The notes: a model not told the origin generated them from the letters alone. Numbered from the whole stretch's first letter, positions 25,331-37,519 are shown. The stretch: DNA of 63,865 nt, filler included, from Octopus bimaculoides (GCF_001194135.2; 6 parts of 6 records of this genome joined end to end with filler, not necessarily neighbours in it), one strand, 5' to 3'. Numbers and translations: made by a program.

Positions 25331-25405
25331 ACACACGCACACACACACACATACACATACACACACACACACACGCACACACGCACCCCCGCACATATGT
25401 ATATA

Positions 25406-25770
25406 CAGGGGTTGGACAAAATAATTGAAACCCCTTAAAATTTCAAACAAATTATTTCTGCATGGGCTAGGACCGCCTTTGGCAGTAATTACAGCTTGAA
25501 TTCTACGAGGTATGGACTAATACAAAGTTTGAATTGTTTCCACAGGAATTTTTGTTCATTCTTCAGCTAAAACAATCTCCAGTTCTTGTAGTGATGATGG
25601 GGGAGGATATCGACTCCTTACTTCTTTTTCTAAAATGCACCATAAATGTCCAATAATATTTAGAGCTGGGGACTGTGGTAGCCAGATAAGATGTTCAACT
25701 TCACTAGAATGTTCCTCGTGCATTTCAGCAACAACTTTAGCTGTGTGAATTGGTGCATTATCCTATGCAT
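25406..25770 (-). mobile_element. Tc1-type transposon 3' end (D-36-E spacing)
   Basis: TA|CAGGGGTTGGACAAAATAATTGAAAC terminus; DNAPIHTAKVV...IWLPQSPALNIIGHLW...[13 protein letters not shown]. Confidence 0.85.
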
Positions 25771-26348
25771 TATCCAAAGATCCTATGGGATTTTATGATT
25801 CAGTGCGATCATGAGATAGAGAATAGGAAACCAAACAGTGTTAATTGAGAAAAAAAAGTAAACGATGATGGATCATAGATATAGTAAGCCCATCTGACAA
25901 CAAGGTATGTGATAAGAAAGAAATAAAAGTCGATAGATATAACAGGTTAGCTTGGGAGGTTAAGCAGTTGTGGTCGATGAAAAAGGTGGTAGTAGTACCA
26001 ATAATTATCGGAGCCCTGGAAACATTGAGTCAAACTCTTGAGAAGTACATGGAACAAATAGGGGCTGCAATAAGGGTGGAGCACTTGCAGGAAACAGCAC
26101 TGCTTGGAACCTCTCGCATACTCCGGATGGTGCTCGAAAGAAAGGAGTGTTACCTTAGTTCACTGGTTGTTAACAGCTGGCACCGTAGTACATCTCCAGC
26201 GTTAGAAGCTGTGCAAAGACAATAAATAATGATAATAATAATAATAACGACAACAACAACAACAACAACAACACTACCACCACCACCAACAGCAACATCA
26301 TCAACAACAACAACAACAACAACAATAATAATAATGATAATAATAAAC
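25771..26348 (+). mobile_element. R4/Dong LINE 3' end with (AAT/AAC)n tail
   Basis: KILWDFMIQCDHEIENRKP...VKQLWSMKKVVVVPIIIGAL...LQETALLGTSRILRMVLE (restriction-like endonuclease domain). Confidence 0.85.
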
Positions 26349-26349
26349 A

Positions 26350-26612
26350 TTCTACTCAATACCACAGATTTGCTTAGTTGTTTGACCTTAACCAGTTGAG
26401 CATGTTCATTGGTGGCTGACGATATGTGCATCTCTGATCACAAGCAGAAGTAGTGGGGGAGCATCATAGCCATGTGTTGAGAGGAATTGTTTGGGGTTTG
26501 AATAATTCACCTCTGGAAACATTAGTGTTTCGTTGAACACCCTTAAACAACCCTTATTCAGAGACCTTTTGAGCGAGATGGGCTACTCGACCTGAAAAAA
26601 CTTCTAACTGCA
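26350..26612 (+). mobile_element. Interspersed repeat family F (probable SINE or LINE 3' end)
   Basis: gagcatgt..tagtggctgacgatatgtgcatctctgatcac.agcagaagtag recurs at ~41130-41400 (-) and ~52495-52660 (+). Confidence 0.65.
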
Positions 26613-26934
26613 GATAATTGACTTTACAGTCCCAAATGATGAAAAAATCAATATGAAAGGTATAGAAAAAATAGTGAAGCACTAGGACCTAGCCATTGAA
26701 TTACAGAAAGTATGCGAAGTGCGGCCAGCAGTTATAGGTGTATTGGGAACTGTCTCTAAAGATCTGTACAGATGGGTACAGGAAATAGGCATAAAATCCA
26801 GTTTAGCATAGCTCCAGAAAACAGTGTTATTAGGGACAGCTAGGATACTTAGGAAGGTTCTTGGCATCTAAGGCTACTTGTAGCCCGATGTTAAGATTTT
26901 TTCTTTTCCAACAGTCTAATCTGTTGTGTGTATA

Positions 26935-27003
<69 letters not shown>
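26613..27003 (+). mobile_element. R4/Dong LINE 3' end, second subfamily
   Basis: QIIDFTVPND...DLAIELQK...VIGVLGTVSK...LQKTVLLGTARILRKVLGI*; (AAT)n tail. Confidence 0.85.
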
Positions 27004-27005
<2 letters not shown>

Positions 27006-27644
27006 GATAAAAAANNNNNNNNNNNNNNNNNNNNNNNNNNNNNNNNNNNNNNNNNNNNNNNNNNNNNNNNNNNNNNNNNNNNNNNNNNNNNNNNNNNNNN
27101 NNNNNNNNNNNNNNNNNNNNNNNNNNNNNNNNNNNNNNNNNNNNNNNNNNNNNNNNNNNNNNNNNNNNNNNNNNNNNNNNNNNNNNNNNNNNNNNNNNNN
27201 NNNNNNNNNNNNNNNNNNNNNNNNNNNNNNNNNNNNNNNNNNNNNNNNNNNNNNNNNNNNNNNNNNNNNNNNNNNNNNNNNNNNNNNNNNNNNNNNNNNN
27301 NNNNNNNNNNNNNNNNNNNNNNNNNNNNNNNNNNNNNNNNNNNNNNNNNNNNNNNNNNNNNNNNNNNNNNNNNNNNNNNNNNNNNNNNNNNNNNNNNNNN
27401 NNNNNNNNNNNNNNNNNNNNNNNNNNNNNNNNNNNNNNNNNNNNNNNNNNNNNNNNNNNNNNNNNNNNNNNNNNNNNNNNNNNNNNNNNNNNNNNNNNNN
27501 NNNNNNNNNNNNNNNNNNNNNNNNNNNNNNNNNNNNNNNNNNNNNNNNNNNNNNNNNNNNNNNNNNNNNNNNNNNNNNNNNNNNNNNNNNNNNNNNNNNN
27601 NNNNNNNNNNNNNNNNNNNNNNNNNNNNNNNNNNNNNNNNNNNN

Positions 27645-27957
27645 AAACTTTCAAAATACAAAGACCTGGAAATAGAGATAACTCGAATGTGGAATCTAAA
27701 AACAGAAACAATTCCTATCATAGTAGGTGCCTTAGGTATAATAAAAAAATATTCAGACAAATACATAACAAAAATAGCAGGACTTACAAATATATATAAC
27801 ATACAGAAAATTGCACTACTGGGTACTGCACACATTCTACGCAAAACACTTTCAATACAGTAAACATAAGAGCACCACAGCAAACCACAGCACATACCCA
27901 AGGCGCACAGAGCTGCGCTCGGTAGTGAAGTGAAAGCACGTTATAAAAATAAAACTA

Positions 27958-28029
<72 letters not shown>

Positions 28030-28060
28030 GATAAAAAAATAACAATGATAATAATAATAA
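27645..28060 (+). mobile_element. R4/Dong LINE 3' end, third subfamily
   Basis: KLSKYKDLEIEITRMWNLKTETIPIIVGALG...IQKIALLGTAHILRKTLSIQ*; 3'UTR also at 63313-63474 (-); (AAT)n tail. Confidence 0.85.
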
Positions 28061-28278
28061 CCCTTTCTACTATAGGCACAAGATCTGAAATTTTTGGGAA
28101 GAGGGCTAGTCTATTACATCGACCACAGTGTTTCACTGGTACTTATGTTATCGACCCCGAAAATATGAAAGGTAAAGTCGACCTAGGCGGAATTTGAACT
28201 CAAAACATCAAGACAGGCGAAATGCCGCTAAGAAATTTGCTCGGCGTGATAACGATTCTGCCAGCTCGCTACCTTAGT
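28061..28278 (-). mobile_element. SINE family A copy (duplicated at 31231-31445)
   Basis: Shares private variants and downstream flank with the 31231 copy. Confidence 0.8.
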
Positions 28279-28429
28279 GATAATAATATTGATGGTTTCA
28301 TATTTTGGCTCAAGGCCAGTAATTTTATCTTTATATTAAATTATATTATATTATATTTTATATATATATATGTATATATATACATATATATATATATATA
28401 TANNNNNNNNNNNNNNNNNNNNNNNNNNT

Positions 28430-28760
28430 GATCACCAGCATTCTATCTCCCACATACAGCCCTTCGTTCTTCGATCACCGTTTGTTATCTCCCCCTTTTC
28501 TTAGCTCTCCTGAAAAAAGAATTTCTAACTTCCGGTCAGCCATTGTTATGATCAGCCATTATTATGATTGACCGCTGACTGAACACTATTCAATTTTTTT
28601 TCTCCGTGTTTTTCTCCTTGTCTCTGTATTCTTTCTGTTGAAGAGCGTAGCTCGAAACGTCAAAGACTTTCCGTATTCCCGAGCGTCATACTAATACATC
28701 CTTTTGTTATTTACACCACCTGTCCTCGTCTGTTGTTGTTTTTTCGTATATTCTCCGATA
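28430..28760 (+). mobile_element. Penelope pLTR-like remnant carrying a hammerhead-like motif
   Basis: Same family as 25140-25290 (-) and 42480-42720 (-); bounded by (TA)n. Confidence 0.6.
28630..28666 (+). ncRNA. Variant minimal hammerhead-like motif (CUGUUGA core)
   Basis: TCTTT-CTGTTGA-A-GAGC(gta)GCTC-GAAAC-GT-C-AAAGA; stems pair, core position 6 is U. Confidence 0.5.
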
Positions 28761-28925
28761 TATATATATATATATATATGTACATAAATTATGTTTGTAT
28801 AATTAGCTTAATAGATTAGCAGATAAGTCGAGAATGAATAAGCAAATTAGAAACATGCCTTAACTAGATAAACAGATGAACTAAGAGTAAATAACCAAGT
28901 TTGTACACAACTTCACGGAAAAAAT

Positions 28926-31230
28926 TGCTAAATGGTTGAAGGAATAAAGGTTGGAAAATATTGAGTGAAACAGAGTAATATTAGAATAACGACTGAAATG
29001 GTAACCGAACAGACGACAAAGATCTGAAGCTGGAAATGCCTGGACTGGATGGCGTACAGGATATTGGCTGAAAAAGTTCCCAGCACCACACAGAAAAATA
29101 GCCACGCAAATGGATAAAATGATCAACAACGGGGATCAATTCCAAAGTGGCTTACAACAGGTAAAACAATTCTTTGCCAAAAGTATCCGAGCAAAGCCAA
29201 TGCGATGGATAATTACCGGCCTATCATCTGCCTGCCCCTGATATGGAAGCTGATGACAGGATCAACATCTAATTATGTGTATAAGTTCCTGGGAATGAAT
29301 GACAAACTGCCAGTGGAACAGAAAGAGTGTAGAGAGAAAAGTAGAGAGACAAAAGACCAACTTCTGACAGACAGAATGGTGCTGAACGACTGCAAGAAAA
29401 GAGTTACTAATCTGGGCATGGCATGGATCGATTATAAGAAAGCGTATGACATGATCCCCCATTCCTGGATTTTAGAAAGTTTTGAGCTGGTACACGTGTC
29501 TGATAACATATCAAATTTTATTAGGAGATCAATGAAAAACTGAAATACAGAGCTGACTTCATGTGAAAAATTTTTGGCGAGGGTTAACATCAAGAGAGGC
29601 ATATTTCAAGGAGATAGCCTATCACCATTCCTGTTTGTGGTTTGTATGATACCCCTCACACATACCAAGAAAAGTGACATCGGAGTACACCTTGAAAAGT
29701 GTCGACAGTTAAATCATCTGTTATATACAGATGATTTAAAGATCTTCGGAAAGACCGAACGTGAAATAAATGGCCTAGTTTCAACAATGCAGATATTCAG
29801 TAAGGATATCGGAATTGAATTTCGGACTAAAAAGTGTGGTATGCTTATAATACAAAGAGGTAAAGTAGTGTCGTCTTATATGGTGTAGAGCTACCCAACG
29901 GCGAGAAAACCAAGGATATTCAGACTAATGGATATAAATACCTGAGATTTTAGAATACGACAAAATCAAGCAAAGTGAAATGAAAGAAAGTTTTAGGCGA
30001 GAATATCTCAGAAGACCCAAGTTAATTATGGGAAGTAGACTCAATGGAAAAAAAATTAGGACAATAAACACGATACGGTGCAGGTGTTGTTAGGTAGACA
30101 AAGAACGAACTTGAGGAAATGGACAGGAAAACTATAAAAGTGACGAGAATTAACAAGGAGCTGCACCTCAAAAATGATACTGACAGATGTATGTGCCTAG
30201 AAAGAGGGGGTGGAAGAGGTCTCATAGAATGCAAGATGTGTGTTGTCAACGAGAACAGTCTGGGTTGGTAAACTTATACCCATAAACGTTTAAGAAACAA
30301 GATGAAGAAGAAAGAGTAAACAACTGGAAAATCAAACTACTGCATAGGCAATACCTAAGAGAAATCGAAGGAAAAGAGAAGACCAACACTTGGCGATGGC
30401 TAAGAAAAAGTGATCTGAAAGGATGCACTGAGGTATTGATATGCAGAGCCCTGAAACAAACTCTTAGAATTAATTACACCAAGTTCCAAATAGATAAGAA
30501 TAGCGAATCACTCCTTTGTAAGATGTGTGACAGCATAAACGAAACAATCTCACATATTGTGAGTGAGTGTAGCAAGCTGATCTAAAAGCACTACAAAAGG
30601 AGGCACGATAACGTGGCTAAGTTCGTCCACTGGAGACTATGTGAAAAGTACAGTCTGAATAGAACACGGAAATGGTACGAACATGAACCAGAAGGAGTCA
30701 CCTAGAACAAGGAACATAAGATACTGTGGGGTTTACAATCCAATGATCAGAGACCAGATATTGTTGTGGCAGATAAAGGAAAAAAGGAAACCATGATCAT
30801 AGACATTGCAATACCTGGAAATGCGCGCATAAGTGACAAATAACTAGAAAAGATTGAAAAGTACAGGCTATTAAAAGACGAAATTGCAAGAATGTGGACT
30901 ATGAGGAGAGTGGCTGTCATTCCAGTAGTTGTAGGGGCACTCGGAGCAGTAACAACCAGCTTCGAGAAATATGTCAAAGAAATCGGAATTGACATGAGAG
31001 TAGAGCAAGCCCCAAAACTGTTCTGCTGGGGACAGCTAGTATTTTGAGATGGGTACTTGGATCTTGAATGTTTCCCACGATAAATAACAACCAAGTATCA
31101 AAGCTTATAATATGTAGAAAGAGACCCTGTGAGACCTTTGACGGTAGGCTACTGTCCGCTCTCACAGAATCTACCAGAACAAACAAGACTGAACGTTCTG
31201 AGAAGTAAAACAATACTACTAATAATAACA
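28926..31230 (+). mobile_element. R4/Dong LINE, 5'-truncated, RT + CCHC + restriction-like endonuclease, frameshifted
   Basis: [79 protein letters not shown]...IIDIAIP, KIEKYRLLKDEIARMW. Confidence 0.92.
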
Positions 31231-31786
31231 CTCTCTACTATAGGCACAAGATCTGAAATTTGGGGGAAGAGGGCAAGTCGATTACATCGACCCCAGTGTT
31301 TCACTGGTACTTATTTTATCGACCCTGAAAATATGAATGGTAAAGTTGACCTTGGCGGAATTTGAACTCAGAACATAAAGGCAGTCGTAATGCCGCTAAG
31401 AAATTTGCTCGGCGTGATAATGATTCTGCCATCTCGCCACCTTAGTAATAATAATAATGACGGTTTCATATTTTGGCACAAGGCCAGTAATTTCGGGGAG
31501 GGGTTAAGTTGATTACATCGACCTCAGCACTCAACTCAGGTAGTAAAGACGGACTAAATGCTGCTCAGCATTTTGTCCAACGTGCTAACAATTCCACCAG
31601 CAAAGTAATTTTGAATGGAAGCGTAAATCAGTTCCGTCAACTTCAGGACTCGAACGATACTTTATTTTGTATCTACCTCGGAGAGATGAAAGGCAAAACC
31701 TAACTGGCAAGAATTGAATTTACAAGGTAAAGTGTCGTATGAAATACGAGAGGCATTTTCTCTGACGTTCTACGTTTATATATACA

Positions 31787-32028
31787 TAGGTGTGTATATT
31801 TGTGTATTTGGCTAGAGATATAAATATACGTGCACATATACACACACGCACACACATACAATCACACACATACATGCACACATACACATACACACACACG
31901 CACACATACATACATACATATATATATATATGTGTGTGTGTGTGTGCAAGTATGCGTGTATGTATGTGTGTGCGTGTGTGTGTATGTGCATGTATATTTA
32001 TATCTCTAGCCATACACACACATACACA

Positions 32029-32032
<4 letters not shown>
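31787..32032. repeat. ~245-bp fold-back palindrome centred on (TA)n
   Basis: ggtgtgtatatttgtgtatttggctagagatataaatatacgtgcacata mirrored by tatgtgcatgtatatttatatctctagccatacacacacatacacacc; (CA)-rich left half, (TG)-rich right half. Confidence 0.8.
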
Positions 32033-32069
<37 letters not shown>

Positions 32070-32599
32070 TATGTTTGTATAACTAGCTTAATAGCTCAGC
32101 AGATTAGTCGAGAATGAATGAGCAAATTAGAAACATGCCTTAACTAGATAAACAGATAAACTAAGAGTAAATAACCAAAATTCTACACAACTCCACAGAA
32201 AAAAAAAAGCTAATAAAAGACGTAGGAGACTACATCCAGACGGCAAATGCAGAATGCAAACTAATGAATAAGTACAAGTATGAGATGATATCCTCATTAA
32301 AGAATGTAAAAATTAACCACCAAAACGAGCTGTAAGAGTTCTCTCTTGAAGATCGCCTTAACTCGAAACTAGTGTCACGAGATAAATATTCGTTTTCAAT
32401 AAACTACGCATACACACGCATACACGCACATACACACACACAACTCACACATACACACACACGCAGGCACACACACACACGCATGCTCACATGCACATAC
32501 ACACATACACACACACGCACGCACACACACGCACACAGACACAGACACACAAACATACACACAGAGGCCCACGCACACTCACGCATCGTATGTGTTTTC

Positions 32600-32930
32600 A
32601 TAGTTCAGTGAAATATCCTGAATATTCTCTACCTTTCTATTCTCCTTCGATAATGGTTTTCCAGTATTTATCCATTCAGACAATCTTGAAGTTTGCGTGT
32701 ATCTTGTTCATATGGGCTAAGAAAACAGTCACCATTGCTCACAAAAGTCCCCAGGTCATGCATTGAGTTGGTATTTAATGCTAGGATGAACCTGGTTTCA
32801 GTGCAATCTATTTGTGGAACGCTTCATCTAATGAATGTACTAAATATGAAGTTTGAGGGCCAATATATTTCTTATTACAGGAACTGTGTGAATCTAACCC
32901 TTGTTCGAAAAAAATTCAAGTGTACTCACA
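32600..32930 (+). pseudogene. Very degraded Tc1/mariner-like transposase fragment
   Basis: One frame with stops: ...HKSPQVMH*VGI*C*DEP...GPIYFLLQELCESNPCSKKIQ, loosely matching KPQSVMVWAGIS..G...WTFQQDSAPAHKAKKTQ. Confidence 0.3.
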
Positions 32931-33582
32931 GAACATATGCATGCAAAAACAAACGTATAATGAGAGAATGAGAGAGAAAGAGAGAGAGAGGGGGAGAGAG
33001 AGAACAAGAGAGAGAGTGTAGGAGAAAAAGACAGAGAGACTGAAAGGAGAGGGGATATAGAAAAGAAGAGAGATTAAGAAGAGAAAGTGAAGGATGAAGA
33101 GACAGTTTTAAATTGTTAGTATGTTAAATCGACAGTCGAAGAGACAAACCGACGAATGAGCTTCAGCAGCTGCTAGAAATAACGGTTAGTTCTCCTTCAA
33201 AACACTCCCAACTTAAAAGCCGGGACACATTAAGCAAGATACAAAAAGATCAAGCATCATCTCAATCATGTTAGAAGCAGCAACAGCAACAACCAGATAA
33301 AGAGAAGAAAACTTGTAATCTGTCAATGAAATCTGTTATTATTGACTCAGTCAACGTAATTTTGAATTGAGAATAAGTATATTAAACTATTGTAATAACA
33401 AAGAAACAATATATTATTAACAAATCATTCTTTGCAGTACTAATTTGAAGTCAGCCGATAAACCAGATGAAGACAGTGACCAAAGAACCCAACATTAAAT
33501 CTGAAACCACATTTGTTCAGCTCTGAATCTGGATCTGGGCCTTGGTTCATGTCGTGGCCTACTTTCCATAGACGTCGTGTAA

Positions 33583-35605
33583 CACCTATCAACAATTTTT
33601 GAGAAGTTGTATGCTTCTTAAATGAGATTAGTTAATTCTTATGTATTTTCATGCCCTGAATCCAAATATCACCTTGCAAAATGCTTATTAACTATAGGCT
33701 TAAAGTTGCACGACATGTAATATTTGATTATTTTATTATAACGTACAATATGTGTCGTTACATTTTAAGCTCTTGTTCGTATCTACCTTTTTGCTTGCCC
33801 TGGTGCCACTTTTCCATGGTTGAAATATCTTGGTGAAGCCTTTCACCATGTTCGTCACTAAATGCCCCACAGTTTGAGGGGAAAAAATGTAAATGTTAGT
33901 CCATAAAGTGGATTTTAAGTGACATGGTACCTTCCATGTTCTTGTAAGCCTTGATGAAGTTTTCCGCCAATTTTTCATAGTTTCCTTTCCTTCTGTTCCC
34001 GAAAAATCCTTTCGTCACTAACTAACTTGAATGCTTGTCAAGCAGTTTTTTTCTGCCCATGAAAGGTTGATTCAAAGTCACCATCTTTAAGAAGCTCTCG
34101 AATCTGAGGACCAATGAAGACTCTCTTTTGTCTTAGCGTCGCTCAGTGAGGAAATTTTAGTCTTAAATACTTGAATCCCTTATTGGGTTTGTCCATAGCT
34201 TTTACAAAATTTTTCATGAACCCCAGTTTCGTGTGTTGCAGTAGTAGCAAAATTTTGTTTGTTTCCGTGAGAGGTGGATGTTGAACATTTTTCATCCCAG
34301 GATCCAATGATTGACGAGATGGCCAGTCTCTTCTGATATACTGGGAACCTCTTGCACGGTTGTTCCATTCACACAAAAAGCAGCAGTACTTGGTGTATCC
34401 GTCCTCCCAGCAACAGCCTTTAAGTCAGCACAGAGCTACCATTGATGTTCATCATATTTTATGCATTGCATCATACGCTTTATATTCTCATAAGTTTCTT
34501 TCATATGTGATGCATAGCCCACAGGAAGTGATGATTCACTATTGCCATTATGCATTAAACACCTTTCAGACAAGTTTTTTTAATGAACAGCCTCCAGTGA
34601 TTGGGTTTGTATTTAATATCAAGTGCTTCCATCATCCATTAATATTGTTGCAGGCCAATAAATTACCTTCCATTATGAAGAAATTACTGAACTGCTGCTG
34701 ACGGTCATGAAATTTTGAAATCTTCACATCAGCTGCTAGGAGATTCCACTGTTGAAGACGAGAGCCTGGAAGCTCTGCCTTACTATTAGGAAGTAGTAGA
34801 TCTCTGACAACGTCATAGAGTTCCTCTTGTGTTAAGAGATGTGGTCTAGAGGAGTGTACTTCATCAAAATTTGGGTCACTCTGTAATCCAGCACTGTCAG
34901 CCTTCTCTGCTCCCACCTCACCACTTTCTTTATCTGACTCGAAGGATACCGAAGTTGGTGCATCAGGAACAGATAGATCTCCATGTGGAACTGGGCGAAT
35001 ATCTGATGGAATATTTGGATATTCAATGGACTCCTTCTTTGACAAGCTCTTATTTACTGGAGGTACGATGCAGAAATAGCAATTGTTGGAATGGTCATCT
35101 GTTGGCTCTCGCCACGTCATTGGCACAGCAAAAGGCATTCCTTTCCTCTTCCTGTTCAACCATTGGTGAAGGTTAGTAGCATAAGTGTTGCAGCATATGT
35201 GAGAAGCCCACTTCTTATCCTCGTCGCCAATTTTGCATCCAAAATGTAAGTGATATGTCTTTTTAACTATAGAAGTTATACGGTGCGTCTGTGATGCAAA
35301 GGTCACATCACCACAAATGTAGCCGAAGTTGTCTGCCTTATTTTCAGATGTCTCGCATCTGAAAAAAGAAACAACAAACAATTAGAAGATAAACAGAAAA
35401 TTCATTCATAGATTTATCATTATAATACAGAGCATGACAGCTGAGCAGAAATATTTATACCATTCAACAGGAAAATAAAATTGATATAAAATGCCTCCCA
35501 TGCATATCAATAGCTTGCTCAAGGAATGTTTAATATAAGTTTTAAAAGTGTTTGACTAGGAAAGCAACTTACCTTTCACCTCAAAATATAAACTTGCACA
35601 GCACA
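33583..35605 (-). mobile_element. Chapaev3-like (CMC) DNA transposon with near full-length decayed transposase
   Basis: 249-codon ORF 34632-35381 (DNFGYICG...FGCKIGDEDKKWASHICC...MPFAVPMTWREPTDDHSNNCYFC...YPNIPSDIRPVPH), then frameshifted WRLFI, LCADLK, GYTKYCCFLCEW, KLGFMKNFVKAM, FIGPQIR, GAFSDEHGERLHQDI; one end is TAA|CAC (33580-33585). Family assignment from recalled consensus motifs. Confidence 0.7.
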
Positions 35606-35730
35606 ATCACCTCCTATGACTGGTGGAACAATACTGAAGGATAGTGGGACTGCGAATGTGGCAAGAAACACACTGCCGCCAGCCTGTTGGAACCTGTATA
35701 GGCATTGTGTATCAGTCTATCCCATATCAG

Positions 35731-35785
<55 letters not shown>

Positions 35786-36037
35786 ATGCTATAATCACAA
35801 TGGTTTTAATTTCAATACTATAATCTTCACCAGCACTATCGCAATGTCGTCATTTGTTATATGTAACTTAAATATTTGAGGATAAATATAAGAAATCATA
35901 CACACAGATGTGTGGGTATGCGTGTGTGCGTATACATCGGTCTATATATGTATATATATGTGTGTACTCTTGCATATATATGTAGATTCATGCATGTATA
36001 TGTCATACTATAAAAATAGACTGTCTACAGTTTGTTC

Positions 36038-36420
36038 CTGTACAGAGATAATAACTTGGCAACCTGAAGTCATATGAATGGTACGCCATGAATAAATTCA
36101 GGTAAAATCTTGTAAATATTTTCAACTAATTCGGTCTAACTGTAACTGTTACCACCAACTTGAATAATGCCGACTTTCTGGGTGTCGTCCTAGACCTCAA
36201 GACACAGGTACTACCACTACAAAAAACACAAGGTGGAAACTGTTTTTATCCATGGGAACTCAACTCCAACTAATCTCCAGCTGTAATTATAAACCATGTC
36301 ATGAACATCAACAGTATACTCTCCAATCTATATGAGAACCCTAAGATCCTCAAGCAGATTGTGCCCATTACTGTTACTGATTTCAAGAAAATTATCTACG
36401 CAGCGCATGCACAAGAAAAG
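36038..36420 (+). mobile_element. Penelope-like RT fragment (second family)
   Basis: LYRDNNLAT ... FGLTVTVTTNLNNADFLGVVLDL ... YKKH...FIHGNS...PAVII...INSILSNL (cf. YRDDGLA...ITIEANLKVVNFLDVTLDL...LYIH..SNHPP.II). Confidence 0.7.
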
Positions 36421-37519
36421 GGTAAGCTTTATTTCCCCTTAACGTACCATCATCGCGGCTGAACATCACTTGGCTGAAATGACTCCATGCCACTTTGCCT
36501 GACACGTAAACGATTACTTCGCCACGTGAAACTTCAGTATCTGAGAAGTCGACTTATTTATGCTGATATCTTCTCTATCATGTATAAACCCATAAACTTA
36601 TCTAGTGTCGCTGTTTTATCAAACTATTTATACGACCTGAATTGATCAATAGAGAACCAAATATTCTCACTAAAATTCTTTTACGTTGTCTTCGTACATC
36701 GGACGATGTAGACGTACATCCGTACCTTTGAAGCTTGAAGTAACATAAAGCTGTGTCAATCATTTATTAAATACTTACAACTCCAACTGTGTCTAGTGTA
36801 ACTTTTCCGCTTTTTCACTTAGCAGTTTACACATAAACAAATATACATACATATAGGCACACGCATATACATATATACATATATACATATATATNNNNNN
36901 NNNNNNNNNNNNNNNNNNNNNNNNNNNNNNNNNNNNNNNNNNNNNNNNNNNNNNNNNNNNNNNNNNNNNNNNNNNNNNNNNNNNNNNNNNNNNNNNNNNN
37001 NNNNNNNNNNNNNNNNNNNNNNNNNNNNNNNNNNNNNNNNNNNNNNNNNNNNNNNNNNNNNNNNNNNNNNNNNNNNNNNNNNNNNNNNNNNNNNNNNNNN
37101 NNNNNNNNNNNNNNNNNNNNNNNNNNNNNNNNNNNNNNNNNNNNNNNNNNNNNNNNNNNNNNNNNNNNNNNNNNNNNNNNNNNNNNNNNNNNNNNNNNNN
37201 NNNNNNNNNNNNNNNNNNNNNNNNNNNNNNNNNNNNNNNNNNNNNNNNNNNNNNNNNNNNNNNNNNNNNNNNNNNNNNNNNNNNNNNNNNNNNNNNNNNN
37301 NNNNNNNNNNNNNNNNNNNNNNNNNNNNNNNNNNNNNNNNNNNNNNNNNNNNNNNNNNNNNNNNNNNNNNNNNNNNNNNNNNNNNNNNNNNNNNNNNNNN
37401 NNNNNNNNNNNNNNNNNNNNNNNNNNNNNNNNNNNNNNNNNNNNNNNNNNNNNNNNNNNNNNNNNNNNNNNNNNNNNNNNNNNNNNNNNNNNNNNNNNNN
37501 NNNNNNNNNNNNNNNNNNN

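Noticed and set aside
32870-32920. ELCESNPCS, resembling an EGF repeat after a good acceptor
   Set aside because: No further EGF cysteines; better explained as part of a decayed Tc1/mariner frame.
33150-33198. Exon candidate RRDKPTNELQQLLEIT
   Set aside because: Its donor half belongs to an interspersed repeat also seen near 410, 40350 and 52760.
33438-33498. Terminal-exon candidate TNLKSADKPDEDSDQRTQH*
   Set aside because: Only an acceptor and a short frame support it, and it lies upstream of the best + strand internal exon.
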